Shown piece by piece: positions 38,338 to 47,520 of a stretch of 58,478 nt of DNA. The stretch is from a virus. Lineage: Duplodnaviria > Caudoviricetes. Below the pieces are notes generated by a model. That model had not been told where the DNA came from. It did not search any database and was given only the letters and a program-made list of their open reading frames with translations. The DNA is taken from positions 1 through 58,478 of IMG/VR virus record IMGVR_UViG_3300046010_007871; one strand, 5' to 3'. The translations under genes were made by a program, and so were the position numbers. Position 1 is the stretch's first letter. The number at the start of each line of letters is the position of its first letter.

Positions 38338-40184
38338 CGCGCACGACGGCGCTTGCTGCCCAGCGTCTCGGGCCGTTGCGTGCTCGGAATGGGCTCGTCG
38401 TCATCCTCGCCAGGCTTGCTCGACGGCGGTGCACCTGGCTCGCTTGGTGGCGCACCAGGCACGCTCGACGGAGGCCCACTCGGCGGCTCGCTATCTGATG
38501 CCTCGTCATCGGCGCCTGCCTCGAGTGCCTTGGCGTTCTGCTTGGCCACCGCAGCCGCCTCGTGCATGGCTTGCTCGGTGAGCTCGTGCTCCATCTCCTC
38601 AGACAACTTCTCGCTGTCGTCGTGCGGATAGATGTTCTGCAGCTTCTCGAGCGCAAGGCGCAGCGGAATAACCTGCGCGTTGTATGCGTCGACGGTCATG
38701 CGCACGACCTCGGCCTCGTCCTGCGAGGTGAGCCCGAAGTAGTGACCCCAACGTGCGCGGAGCCGCGGCGGCATCCACATTGGCACGCCTGCCACGTCGA
38801 CCGTGAAGGTGTCGAGGATGGGCATCACGCGCCGCACGCCGTGCACGTAGACCGAGCCTGGCGTGCGCTTCTCCTGCGTGTGCACGACGCGGTTGAGCAG
38901 GTTGATGACCGGGCACATCCAACCGTGCCAAAAGTCTTGCCGAAGGCCGTCCACGAAGCTCGTGGTGCGATGGTAGAGAAACGCAAGCGCCTTGCCGCTG
39001 ATGGCGCCCTTGACGGTCTCGGGGCTCGCCTTGGTGTAGCCGAGCACCTCGCCGATCTTGTCGCAGATGTCGGCGACGTGGTCGCTGATGCTGTTGAGCG
39101 CATCACCTGGGAGCGAAAGCAGGCCGACCTTGGCCTCTGGGTTCTCGTAGCTCCACACGGTGCCAGCGCCCTTCTTGCGCGCTGGCCTGCCACCGGTGGT
39201 CGAGCCGAACACGTAGCCGCTGCCATCCTTTGCGGGGACGATCGCAGCGCGGCCCATGCCACCAGCTGGTGGCGCTTGCGGGTCCACGCCCGTCTCGTAT
39301 GCCTGCGGGTCGCCGCTGTAGATGGCCGCGCGCCCACGCTGCGAGAGCGAGTAGTTGAGCGCGTCGAGCTCGTCGAGCTGCGTGCCGTGAATGGGGTAGC
39401 CATCCAGGTCGCTCGCGTGCTCGTAGCTCGAGCGCAGCTTGTACCAAACCACGGGGCAGAACCCGAGGTTGTGCGTCACGCTCTTGGCTGCGTCCTCCTG
39501 CCAGTCAATCTGGCCGAGGCCCATCTGCATCATGTCGACCGGCTTGTAGACCACGTCGCGCGTCTCATCGATGCGACGCCGGTAGAGCTTGGCGTAGACC
39601 ATCCATTGGCCCTGGTCGCTCTTTTCGTACGAAAAGAACGGGTATTGCACCTCGAGGGCTTTGATGGTCGAGCCGCTGTCGTCGAACTCTGGCTGACACC
39701 ATTTTGCGCGCAGCGTGTGGATCGCAGGGCAGCCGTTGACGAGCGCCACCACGGAGACCGCCGTGCCGCATGCTTCGGCGTTGGCTAGCGCATCGACGCA
39801 CGCCTCGGGGAAGCACGCGTGCCGCATGAGCAGCCGCAACCATGCCTCGTAGAGCTGCGCCATCTCATCGGGCATACCCTCGCCGAGTAGCCGCTCGTCG
39901 TCGTCTGCGGCGGCGCTCATGCCAGGGAATCGACCTTCGCCGAGCGCGAAGTCGCAGTGCTGCCGAATCGCGGCCTCCACGATGGAGTGCACGATGTTCG
40001 GCGCGCGCTCCATGAGCGGCACGTCTTGCTTCGGGTTGAAGAAGTCGGGGAGGCCTTCGTATTGCTCGCCAACGACGTAGCGCTCGAGCCTGTCGAGTTT
40101 GCGGTACCGCGGCGATAGCCACTGTTGCGCAAGTCGCTCGGCCTGCGTGAAGCCTGCGATATTGGTGGCGTAGAGGCCGTGCAT
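38334..40184 (-). CDS. Portal protein
   Basis: Size, position after TerL, HNLGFCPVVW, SGKAL, acidic tail. Confidence 0.8.
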   Translation of the reverse strand: MHGLYATNIAGFTQAERLAQQWLSPRYRKLDRLERYVVGEQYEGLPDFFNPKQDVPLMERAPNIVHSIVEAAIRQHCDFALGEGRFPGMSAAADDDERLLGEGMPDEMAQLYEAWLRLLMRHACFPEACVDALANAEACGTAVSVVALVNGCPAIHTLRAKWCQPEFDDSGSTIKALEVQYPFFSYEKSDQGQWMVYAKLYRRRIDETRDVVYKPVDMMQMGLGQIDWQEDAAKSVTHNLGFCPVVWYKLRSSYEHASDLDGYPIHGTQLDELDALNYSLSQRGRAAIYSGDPQAYETGVDPQAPPAGGMGRAAIVPAKDGSGYVFGSTTGGRPARKKGAGTVWSYENPEAKVGLLSLPGDALNSISDHVADICDKIGEVLGYTKASPETVKGAISGKALAFLYHRTTSFVDGLRQDFWHGWMCPVINLLNRVVHTQEKRTPGSVYVHGVRRVMPILDTFTVDVAGVPMWMPPRLRARWGHYFGLTSQDEAEVVRMTVDAYNAQVIPLRLALEKLQNIYPHDDSEKLSEEMEHELTEQAMHEAAAVAKQNAKALEAGADDEASDSEPPSGPPSSVPGAPPSEPGAPPSSKPGEDDDEPIPSTQRPETLGSKRRRAR

Positions 40185-40624
40185 CAGCGCGTGATCGCCT
40201 GACCAATGATCGTGACGGACTGCGAAGCACCGGCGCTTGTGCCGGTTCCACCGTCGAACAGCAGCCGCATCATGTCACCCCACGCGCCGCCTAGGATGGT
40301 GTCGACCGCGAGCGCGGCGCTGAGGCCAGAGCCGATCGTGGTAGCAGCGGTCACAGCCGTGGTGCGGTTGACCTGATACGCGCTAAGCGATGCAGCAGCA
40401 CCCGCGCTCAGCTGCGGAAAGTGCGCGTAGTCATACCAGGTCGTGCCGCCGTCGTATGACGTCTGTAGGTACACGTCGAGCGTGCCACCGGTGCCGCCTT
40501 GCAGGTTGCCGATGATGGTCAACGCATCGAAGCCGGAAAGACCGCCGACGATGCCAGTGCTGGGCGCGTTCGGGCTTGCTGCGCTTGGGCTTGTGGCCGT
40601 GATGGTGACAATCTTCGGGCGCAT
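40184..40624 (-). CDS. Virion structural protein (hypothetical)
   Basis: LDVYLQTSYDGGTTWYD, similar to 34187-34612. Confidence 0.55.
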   Translation of the reverse strand: MRPKIVTITATSPSAASPNAPSTGIVGGLSGFDALTIIGNLQGGTGGTLDVYLQTSYDGGTTWYDYAHFPQLSAGAAASLSAYQVNRTTAVTAATTIGSGLSAALAVDTILGGAWGDMMRLLFDGGTGTSAGASQSVTIIGQAITR

Positions 40625-40627
40625 GGT

Positions 40628-41980
40628 TCATCCCCAGTCAAACGAGCCATCCGATAAGCCGGTGGCGCGGTAGGCCTTGGTGTGTAGTGCGTCGAACGCT
40701 GCAACAAACGCGTCGACCTGGTCATCGTGTCTGTCTTTGATGCCTGTGAAGCTACAGACCTCGTCGACAAAGTCTCGCAGCCACGGCGCCTCGCGCGGCA
40801 CGTGCACGCGTTGGCTTGACCACGCCGCCGCGGTCGAGGTCGCTCGTGAAAGCTTGTCCATCTTGGCCGGGTCGGGCCGAAACGGAATGCCCTCGCGGCG
40901 CAAGAAGTCCACGGTGCCCTTCTCGGTGCCGCCGATGTAGCCGTACAGCTTGGCACCTGGGAAGCGCTCGGTGAGCTCGCGAAGCGTTGCGGCAAACTCG
41001 GTTGCCTTGGCCTGCATGCGCCGCACGTCGAGCACGTACCATGCGTCGAGCTGCGCGTTGTGCGCCATGACTACCGCGACGCTGTAATCGGCGTAGCTGC
41101 TTTCGCTGTACGCGAGGTCGATGCCGATGCTCACTCGATAGGTCTCGGGCAGCTTGTCGTAGAACGACACTCCAGAGAAAAGCTGCCCACCTCGAGGTCG
41201 CGGGCTGCCCATGTAGAGCGCCCACCAATCGTGCTCGCCGACGTCGCGGCGCACGCGCTCGAGGAACTTGGGCGGTCGCTTGTACCAGAGGCTCTTGCCC
41301 TCGTCGTCGAGCGCCGGGAGGTTGATGACCTCCCATGATTGCCCCTCTTGTCGAGCAAGCTCGCCGATGAGGTCGTCGGGATGCCACCTCGTGTGGCATA
41401 CGATGATGCTGGCGCCTGGGTGCACGCGCGTGAGAGCGGCGCTTGTCCACCAGTCGCGAATCTTGCCGCGTACGAGCGCGCTGTCGGCCTCCTCGCGGTT
41501 CTTGTACGGGTCGTCGACAACCAGCACGCCCGAGATGCCGTGGCCTGTCAGCGGGCCACCTACGCCGGTAGCGAGCAGTCCACCACCTGCGTCGGTGCGC
41601 CACTCGGCCATGGCTGAGGAGTCGCCGCGGAGCTTGACCCCCGCGGCGCGCGCGTAGTCACGGCAGAGCCTCGAGCGGCTGTGCGCGTAGTCGGCGCCAT
41701 ACGAGGTGAACGCGTTGGTCTTATCGGGCTTTGCTGCGATGAGCTGCGCAAGCCCGTGCAGGATGCAGAACGTCTTGCCGTGCTGCGGAGGCACCGACAC
41801 CAGCAGCCGCACCTCTTCGCCGTTGCGGATGCGATCGAAAGCGCGACACAGGGCGCCGAGGTGCCGAGGCTCCTCGAGCAGCGGCGACACGCGAGGCACG
41901 AACTCCGCGAGCGGCAGGCGCCACAGCGGCCTATTCGCCGCGCGCTGCACTGCCCAAGCTTGGAGTAGGGGCGTCGTCAT
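40628..41980 (-). CDS. terL: Terminase large subunit
   Basis: VPPQHGKT, LTGHG...VVDDPYK, TRWHPDDL, IDLA...DYS, HDDQVDA. Confidence 0.95.
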   Translation of the reverse strand: MTTPLLQAWAVQRAANRPLWRLPLAEFVPRVSPLLEEPRHLGALCRAFDRIRNGEEVRLLVSVPPQHGKTFCILHGLAQLIAAKPDKTNAFTSYGADYAHSRSRLCRDYARAAGVKLRGDSSAMAEWRTDAGGGLLATGVGGPLTGHGISGVLVVDDPYKNREEADSALVRGKIRDWWTSAALTRVHPGASIIVCHTRWHPDDLIGELARQEGQSWEVINLPALDDEGKSLWYKRPPKFLERVRRDVGEHDWWALYMGSPRPRGGQLFSGVSFYDKLPETYRVSIGIDLAYSESSYADYSVAVVMAHNAQLDAWYVLDVRRMQAKATEFAATLRELTERFPGAKLYGYIGGTEKGTVDFLRREGIPFRPDPAKMDKLSRATSTAAAWSSQRVHVPREAPWLRDFVDEVCSFTGIKDRHDDQVDAFVAAFDALHTKAYRATGLSDGSFDWG

Positions 41981-42112
41981 GGCGCCGAGAGTAGGAGGGC
42001 GCGCACGCGGAGGGGATACACGGCGCGCCCAGCTGACGAGGGACCGACGCCAGCACCACGCCAAACGAGGGAGACACGTCTAGCTGTGGCGAGCAAGAGC
42101 ATACGCTGTAGC

Positions 42113-42460
42113 CTAATCATGAGCAACCGCGTCGAGTGTAGGGCTCGACTCCACGCTATCTACCACGCTCGCGAACATCTGCGCCAGTCGAGTGTTGCGA
42201 GCGTAGGCATTTCGCTCGATCCCATGTGCTCGCCCCATGCACACGCACCGGCAGATGTTGCACGCGGCTGCCTTGCAGCGCTTGCCGCATGCGTGAGGCG
42301 AAGCCACTGGCGACACATACACCACGCGCAGCCACCGCAAACACCTCGAGCACGTGCGCCCAAAGCCAGGAAGCGGCAGCTGCAAGCCGTCGCATGGCGT
42401 GGCGTCGTCGAGCTCGGTCACCACGAGCTGGCACGCGTCGCAGTGGCCAACGAGCTTCAA
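42113..42460 (-). CDS. Cys-rich zinc-binding protein
   Basis: CDAC, CSRC, CGKRCKAAACNICRCVCMGRAHG. Confidence 0.6.
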   Translation of the reverse strand: MKLVGHCDACQLVVTELDDATPCDGLQLPLPGFGRTCSRCLRWLRVVYVSPVASPHACGKRCKAAACNICRCVCMGRAHGIERNAYARNTRLAQMFASVVDSVESSPTLDAVAHD

Positions 42461-43044
42461 TCCTGCACCATCTCCCAGGCTGACGAGTATGCGCTATTCG
42501 CGAACAGCGCTGCCACGCCAGCCACCTGCTTATATCGGTGCACGGCGTCGAGCTCCATGCCGAGTCGTTGCGCCACTTCTTGCTCGGTCAATCCTTGCTC
42601 GATGAGCGAGCGCACCACGTCTGCGTCGAGGTCAATCGCGTGCACCCCTCGAGCCTTGTTGAACTGGACGGTCGCTGCCATCCGCTTCGTCATATCGTGC
42701 GAGAGCACCACGACAGGCAAGTAGTCGAAGTCCAAGAACTCGTCGCTACCGATGCGCGATCGGTGGAAGCCATCAATGATGACAAACACCCCGTCAGCAT
42801 CATCCCAGATGGTGACGATCGGAAAGCAGAATCCGTTGTCCAGCACGCTTTGCTGTAGTAGCTCCATCTTGTCGGAGCTGACCGCGTTGGGGTTGTATGT
42901 GTTCGCTACGACCAGTTCTCTTTTTACGAGCAGCGTGTTGGCGCATGGCACAAGCACCTGGCCTCGGGTGCGGCTCTGAATGTACACCGGCTGCATCTGT
43001 GCTCGCTCGGCTAGAAAGTCTTGCATTGTATCTATGCGCTTCAT
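42457..43044 (-). CDS. ibrB: IbrB-like ParB-N domain protein
   Basis: ANTYNPNAV...LLQQS...GFCFPIV...IIDGFHR...ATVQFNKARG. Confidence 0.88.
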   Translation of the reverse strand: MKRIDTMQDFLAERAQMQPVYIQSRTRGQVLVPCANTLLVKRELVVANTYNPNAVSSDKMELLQQSVLDNGFCFPIVTIWDDADGVFVIIDGFHRSRIGSDEFLDFDYLPVVVLSHDMTKRMAATVQFNKARGVHAIDLDADVVRSLIEQGLTEQEVAQRLGMELDAVHRYKQVAGVAALFANSAYSSAWEMVQD

Positions 43045-44204
43045 CACATCACCCCTTCGTAGTACGCCAGCAAGCTCTCCCGGTGCACTTGCCACGGGTC
43101 TGGCTTGTTATCGATCGGCAGGTTGTTTTCGTAGTCATTGAGCACCAGTTGTCGGCACTGCTGGCGCGCAACGTATTCGTTTTGTAGTTGAGCCTCAAAG
43201 CGCGCCTCAAAGATTGGTCGCCGCGCTTGGTCAAGATGTGTGGCTAGCAACAAATTGCGATAAGCTGTCCACGTCTTGTGAGCCTTCGGCAGCTTGGTGC
43301 ACTTGAGCATCTTGGCTGCCTTGCCTGTCTCTTGGGCAAGGGCGATGCCCTTGATGCGCTTCAGCAATCGCTCGTAGGTCTTTGGCTCAAACTCGGGGAG
43401 GTCGGCAATCGACTTGAAAGCGCGCTCGTGAATCAACGACGAGATGCGCATCTGCGTCGGATAGACGCCCTTCTTGTGCATGTGGTCATAGACTTTATGA
43501 TATTGCAACTTCTCGTCGTGGATGTATCTCCACACGTCCGAGACGTCCCAGTCGAATACTGGGTAAAGCGTCCAGTTTCTGCCTCGCTTGCTGCCCCAAT
43601 AGACTTGTTGCCCACCGATGGTAACTGGATGGTCTACAACGGCGCGCCATCGGTTAAGCGACTCGCCCTTGGCACGCAAGCCCACGAGCCACGCCGTGTG
43701 ATCGTAGCATCGCTCGAAGTTCTGAATGACGCCGTAAAAGTCGAGCCTCTTGCAACCTGAGCGAAATCGCTCTTGGGCTTCTGGCCATGGCTTGTGCTTG
43801 ATGGTGCCAGGCGCGTTGCGCTTCTTGCGCATCCATCGCGCGCTCTCGCCTGGCGCCCACGCTTGCAGCTCGGCCTCGCTTACGCTGGTAGCGTTGGTCA
43901 GCGTGAACGGCACCTGCAGCCACAGCGGCGTGGTGTTTTCTGGGTAGAGCTGCATCATGTACTCCACCTGTTCGATGGTGGACTGATACATCGCCTCCTC
44001 GTCAAGGAAAAACAAACCGATGCGTCGATTGCGTCTGTTTGCTTCCACGAGTGCAAGATGAGCCAGCACGGTGCTGTCTTTGCCACCGCTGATGGAGCAG
44101 ATAATCTGCTTGATGTGTCCCAGCTCTACCTGGTCAAACAGCCAGGAGATGCGTCGCCTTGCGGCTGCTAGTACGGTCTCACCGGTCAAGATTTTGCGCG
44201 GCAT
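43044..44204 (-). CDS. ibrA: IbrA-like PAPS-reductase-family protein (DUF3440)
   Basis: SISGGKDS, LDEEAMY, VGLRA..ESLNR, YPVFDW...DVW, MRISS. Confidence 0.88.
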   Translation of the reverse strand: MPRKILTGETVLAAARRRISWLFDQVELGHIKQIICSISGGKDSTVLAHLALVEANRRNRRIGLFFLDEEAMYQSTIEQVEYMMQLYPENTTPLWLQVPFTLTNATSVSEAELQAWAPGESARWMRKKRNAPGTIKHKPWPEAQERFRSGCKRLDFYGVIQNFERCYDHTAWLVGLRAKGESLNRWRAVVDHPVTIGGQQVYWGSKRGRNWTLYPVFDWDVSDVWRYIHDEKLQYHKVYDHMHKKGVYPTQMRISSLIHERAFKSIADLPEFEPKTYERLLKRIKGIALAQETGKAAKMLKCTKLPKAHKTWTAYRNLLLATHLDQARRPIFEARFEAQLQNEYVARQQCRQLVLNDYENNLPIDNKPDPWQVHRESLLAYYEGVM

Positions 44205-45084
44205 CGTTCACCCTCTGCGCCCATGCGCTCCAGCGGTCCCAGTACCAGGTGTCCGCTTTTGTGTCGGCTACCATCACTGGCAGCCGCTCTTGCTCTGTGA
44301 CCGTCAAGAAGTCGGTCATCTCGAGGTGATTGTGAGGCAACTCTAGCGCGATTCGTTCGCCTTGGCTAGTCACTTCTCGGTAGCTAGTCACGTCTGGCAA
44401 ACGCAGGCGCTGGTTCCTGGCGACGTACCGCAGCAAGGGGTTGGCTTGCGCCGCCTTGTCCTTGCCGGTCACCAGGGCAAGTGACCTCGGGATAATGTGC
44501 GGGTCCTTGTCTGGATCGTTGCGCACCTGCTCAAAGAGCTTGACTCTTTCCGCGGCGTAGAGCTCATGCGTGCGTCGACTCATCTGCACGTCGATTCGCT
44601 CAAGATGTAGTGGTCGCCTGATCACTTGCAGATCGACCTCCTCGAGCATCGATCTGTCGTAGCCTCGGTCGAACCACCTCGAGTTGGTCTCCCAGTCTAG
44701 GAGCGTCATGACGTCGTCGGGTTGCTCGATCAACGGGTATCGCTGGAAGATAGCCCGATGCTGCAGGTTGTGAAGGAACGTGCGCACGCAGTTGTTTTCG
44801 AGACACTTTCGTTCTCGGCCTCGCAGGCACTCGTTGAACACCAGCAGCGTGCGGTCTGCTGGCATCTGCAGGATGCGATAGTAAAACCGATACGCAATGA
44901 CGTCGGGCCAGTGCAGGAACGTGCCAGGCTCGTTTAGGTCGTCCGGCTGCACGACTCGACGCCGAGCGAACGACGGCGCCAGCTGCTCTGGAGATATGAC
45001 ACAAACGCGGTCAAGGCCATGCGCGGCACAGTAGTCGCGAACAGCCTTAGTCTTGCCCGCATCGTCAAGACCGATACGAATCAT
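44179..45084 (-). CDS. Hypothetical protein upstream of ibrA
   Basis: ATGA overlap; LLVFNECLR looks like a degenerate Walker B. Confidence 0.6.
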   Translation of the reverse strand: MIRIGLDDAGKTKAVRDYCAAHGLDRVCVISPEQLAPSFARRRVVQPDDLNEPGTFLHWPDVIAYRFYYRILQMPADRTLLVFNECLRGRERKCLENNCVRTFLHNLQHRAIFQRYPLIEQPDDVMTLLDWETNSRWFDRGYDRSMLEEVDLQVIRRPLHLERIDVQMSRRTHELYAAERVKLFEQVRNDPDKDPHIIPRSLALVTGKDKAAQANPLLRYVARNQRLRLPDVTSYREVTSQGERIALELPHNHLEMTDFLTVTEQERLPVMVADTKADTWYWDRWSAWAQRVNDAAQNLDR

Positions 45085-45269
45085 CTGTGAGCCTTTCTCA
45101 GCCACGTCAGCGTGACCTCGAGGGTCGCCGGATCGGTCATGTGCTCGGCTGCCCATGACGGCGCGAAGCGCGAAGGCGAGAGGACGTAGACCTTCTTGAT
45201 CTCGTGCTCCTCGCGGTAGCGCGTGACAATCTCGCCCTTTGCGGTGTCGTCGAGCCCCAGGTGAATCAC
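45081..45269 (-). CDS. Truncated paralog of the N-terminus of 44179-45084
   Basis: IHLGLDDTAK..Y...H.I.KV.VLSP..FAPSWA versus IRIGLDDAGK..Y...H.L.RV.VISP..LAPSFA. Confidence 0.55.
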   Translation of the reverse strand: MIHLGLDDTAKGEIVTRYREEHEIKKVYVLSPSRFAPSWAAEHMTDPATLEVTLTWLRKAHR

Positions 45270-45625
45270 GGCATTGGCTCTCGGCGCATGAACCATCCAC
45301 CGTTGCCGCGGCGCCAGTTCACGAATCCTGTCCGCTCGTGAAGCCTGCGCGATGCCGGGTTTGAGTCCGAGACGAAGGCGCAGAAACGCACGCTAGGCCG
45401 CGCCCGGTAGTAGGCCGTCACGAGCCCGCGCCCGCGGTACTCTGGCAAGACGAAGATTGGTCCGAGGCGATGCCCCCAGCGGTGCTCATGCGGCGTCACA
45501 AACCCGACCACGCGCCCGTCGCAGACGAGCGGGTCTCTCGCGTCGGCCCGTCGCACGAAGCCACGGACCTCGTAGGTCCTGTTGGCCTGTCGCAGCATCT
45601 CTATCGGCACTTCGAGCGCAGCCAT
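45266..45625 (-). CDS. GNAT acetyltransferase
   Basis: IFVLPEYRGRGL...NPASRRLHERTGF. Confidence 0.85.
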   Translation of the reverse strand: MAALEVPIEMLRQANRTYEVRGFVRRADARDPLVCDGRVVGFVTPHEHRWGHRLGPIFVLPEYRGRGLVTAYYRARPSVRFCAFVSDSNPASRRLHERTGFVNWRRGNGGWFMRREPMP

Positions 45626-46242
45626 GTTGCCGTCCTTTCGAGGCGCGTCGCGTTCATCTCGGTGCCGCGAAACGACGCACCGAGCTTGTGTGCCCACCTG
45701 GCCGTCATGCCGAGCCCCGTGCATGGGTCGAGGACGAGGTGGTTTGGCTGCACGCAACAGGAGAGAACATGCTTGGTTACCGGCTCGCCGTGAGGCACTT
45801 CGGGCCAGTCTCGGTCAATCTCTTGCGTCAGCATGTGCAGGCGAGGCATGGCCTCTGCCCGACCGAACAGGTTGAGCGTGACCGGCAAGGGCTTGCTCTT
45901 CGGGCCGTACGTCATCATCCATTGGCGCACGTGCTCAAAGCCATGCGCTGCCATGGTCTCCGAGAGCTGGTCAGCCCACCGGCATCCCATCTCGATGAAC
46001 ACAGGCGCCTCTGGTTTGGTGTGCGCCATGGCAACGCCTGCGAAGGCGTCGAGGAACTTTTCCCATGACGTGCGCGGAGCAGAGCCTCGCTCGCGCATCG
46101 TGTGCCAGTATTGCTGATTCCCAGGCCCCCACGGTGGGTCGCTGTAGAGCACGTCCGCGAGCTCTGCGCCCATGAGCTGCGAGACCGCAGCGGTCGTAAT
46201 GTCGCCCACCATGAGGGCGTGCGTGCCGATTTGAATCTTCAT
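45601..46242 (-). CDS. DNA methyltransferase (N6/N4 beta-like)
   Basis: HALMVGD, YSDPPW, VLDPCTGLGMTA...GTEMN. Confidence 0.8.
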   Translation of the reverse strand: MKIQIGTHALMVGDITTAAVSQLMGAELADVLYSDPPWGPGNQQYWHTMRERGSAPRTSWEKFLDAFAGVAMAHTKPEAPVFIEMGCRWADQLSETMAAHGFEHVRQWMMTYGPKSKPLPVTLNLFGRAEAMPRLHMLTQEIDRDWPEVPHGEPVTKHVLSCCVQPNHLVLDPCTGLGMTARWAHKLGASFRGTEMNATRLERTATWLRSKCR

Positions 46243-46475
46243 CGGTCCTTTGCGATCTGGTATGCGAGCTCGCGCACCTGCGTCGCACTGAGGTTGCGCC
46301 AGAAGGTACCGGCGCTCGACATATGTGGATTCTTGTTGCAGAAGATTCTAGCCTGGCGAGCCAGGGCGGCGCGACGCGACGAGCTGAGGTTGCGGAAGGC
46401 GACGACCGATTGGTTGCTCCAGTCGGCGTGGAGGTGCGCGGCTAGGATGTTGTCCATGTCTTGAAGCTGTTTCAT
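46239..46475 (-). CDS. Small protein, tandem copy B
   Basis: Shares SVVAFRNLSSSRRAAL...LSATQVRELAYQIAK with copy A. Confidence 0.7.
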   Translation of the reverse strand: MKQLQDMDNILAAHLHADWSNQSVVAFRNLSSSRRAALARQARIFCNKNPHMSSAGTFWRNLSATQVRELAYQIAKDR

Positions 46476-46478
46476 CGG

Positions 46479-46664
46479 TCAGCCCTTTGCGATCTGGTAT
46501 GCCAGCTCGCGCACCTGGGTGGCGCTCAGGCCTTGCCACCACTTACCCGCGCTCGCCATGTGCGGGTTTTGGTTGCAGTAGATGCGAGCCTGTCGCGACA
46601 GGGCGGCGCGGCGCGACGAGCTGAGGTTGCGGAAGGCGACGACCGAGGGGTTGTTGTTGTCCAT
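46479..46664 (-). CDS. Small protein, tandem copy A
   Basis: First gene after a near-consensus promoter. Confidence 0.7.
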   Translation of the reverse strand: MDNNNPSVVAFRNLSSSRRAALSRQARIYCNQNPHMASAGKWWQGLSATQVRELAYQIAKG

Positions 46665-46670
46665 GCCCAG

Positions 46671-46699
46671 ACAATAGCGCTAGACCTCTCGCGTGTCAA
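46671..46699 (-). promoter_or_regulatory. Sigma70-like promoter, apparently leaderless
   Basis: TTGACA-17-TATTGT, 6 nt before ATG 46664, with an upstream A-tract. Confidence 0.75.
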
Positions 46700-46716
46700 G
46701 CGTCGCGGTCACTTTT

Positions 46717-47520
46717 TTAGCTGACGGTGTCGAGGGCTGGCATGAAGTCGCGCCACAGGCGGTGCAGGCTGGGGTAGTAGTGCCGCAGCCATGCGGCATG
46801 GGTACGGCTACGCCCGCACACCCACCAGCTCTTGCGCACGGTCCACGGCGCATCTCGGTGTATGTACCCGATGCAGCGGTAGAGGGGCAGCAGGGGCACC
46901 TCGCGCGAATGCACGTATGCCAACACGTCGAGGCCCGACCACCACGCTAGCGGGTGGGCATGCACCCTGCCACACTTGAGGCGCGCGACTGGGCCAGCGG
47001 TAGAGAGGCGCATCATGCGGGCGTCGTTCTCTTGCGCTCGCAGCCCCATCATGACGCACCCGTAGGCTGCGCTGGCTCGGTCAACGAGGTCGTAGAACAC
47101 CACACGCGACAGGCCAGCGGAGCGCGAGTGCAGGTCCTGGTCGACCTCGCGCATGTGCTCGCGCAGGTAGTCGAGCGCCGAGACATCTGGGCGTAGCACC
47201 TCGAGCTGTGCGCCCCAGCTGACGGCGAGCTCGCGCACGAACGCCTCTTCGCCTGGGTAGTCTAGGTCGTCCTTCTGCGAGATAAGCGGCACGTGTGTGA
47301 GGCCCAGCTCGTGCACGACGAGATGCGCGAGGCAGGTGGAGTCCTTGCCAGCCGACCACATGACACACGCGCGCGGCTCCAGCTCTAGCGCCTCGAGCAC
47401 GTAGCGCTTGGCTTGCGTTACGCGGCGCTGGAAGCCTGGCGAGCGCGCATGCACGTCGCACACGCGCCGCCAGTAGTCCCACGCCTCATGGTCCTCGCGA
47501 CGTAGGACGGGCTCTATCAC
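46717..47520 (-). CDS. CysH-like PAPS-reductase-family protein of the type IV-B locus
   Basis: WSAGKDS PP-loop, MGLRAQEN..R, HPLAWWSGLDV; GTGA overlap with csf3. Confidence 0.85.
   Translation of the reverse strand: MIEPVLRREDHEAWDYWRRVCDVHARSPGFQRRVTQAKRYVLEALELEPRACVMWSAGKDSTCLAHLVVHELGLTHVPLISQKDDLDYPGEEAFVRELAVSWGAQLEVLRPDVSALDYLREHMREVDQDLHSRSAGLSRVVFYDLVDRASAAYGCVMMGLRAQENDARMMRLSTAGPVARLKCGRVHAHPLAWWSGLDVLAYVHSREVPLLPLYRCIGYIHRDAPWTVRKSWWVCGRSRTHAAWLRHYYPSLHRLWRDFMPALDTVS

Noticed and set aside
42457-43044. ParB as evidence of a plasmid-prophage partition system
   Set aside because: The sequence and its ibrA neighbour indicate IbrB-type ParB-N; no ParA was seen
46239-46664. Nucleotide duplication next to cysH as a mini CRISPR array
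   Set aside because: The repeat unit is about 170 bp and differences are largely synonymous, consistent with duplicated protein genes
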